Positions 63,631 through 64,000 of a DNA stretch of 64,000 nucleotides are shown here, in pieces. The translations under genes and the position numbers were made by a program. Source of the stretch: Isurus oxyrinchus (taxonomy: Eukaryota); NCBI GenBank assembly GCA_026770705.1, contig JANJGN010000010.1, positions 1,302,001 through 1,366,000 of the forward strand, written 5' to 3'. Within the stretch, counting starts at the first letter, position 1; the number at the start of each line of letters is the position of its first letter. The notes beneath the pieces are model-generated. The model was not told where the DNA came from, ran no database searches, and worked only from the letters and a program-made list of their open reading frames with translations.

Positions 63631-64000
63631 CTACATTAAAGAGCATTGTAAGGAGAATATCATTTTCCTAATATTACTGTGATATACTGAAGCAGGCTTG
63701 TGGGGGCTGCATGTGTGTGTTGTGTTTGCGTGACTAATTTCATTAAACTGCAGACAGTTGGACTGCAAGGTTGGAATCATCAAATGGATGTGTGTAAAAG
63801 CAGGCATTTTGAAATAGAGATGGGAAAGCTAGGATGAGATCTCAGTAGATACAGTATGAATGGAATTTGCATTAGGAGATAAATGAGGAGTGAATTGTTA
63901 GCTGTTTGAATTTCAAAAGAGGCATAACAGGAAGTTATACAACCGGCAAAATCGTAAATAATTAAGAGAAGTTATTAAGTTTATTTTTCCCAAAAGTGCT

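Overview
Repeat-dense vertebrate DNA, very probably from a shark or other cartilaginous fish (inferred from the intronless RAG1 and the repeat families). The only intact host gene is RAG1 (33621-36827, +), with a splice acceptor just upstream of the ATG. No RAG2 ORF appears in the 27 kb downstream. The rest is mostly decayed mobile DNA: two LINE families, Penelope-like elements with hammerhead-like motifs, two Gypsy proviruses, PIF/Harbinger MITEs with 3-bp TSDs, SINEs, and RTE and R2-like fragments. Four structures stand out. (1) A 3.9-kb 11-bp minisatellite that grew out of a Harbinger MITE hairpin and runs into a Harbinger transposase remnant. (2) A Gypsy provirus whose RT is replaced by a coiled-coil coding fragment that looks cellular. 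(3) A composite of a local inverted duplication, an R2-like RT fragment and an uninterrupted Penelope RT/GIY-YIG ORF, with a lymphoid-TF-site-rich island in the loop. (4) A young Penelope-derived hairpin inserted about 60 nt upstream of the RAG1 splice acceptor. All calls come from reading the sequence; no database searches were run.
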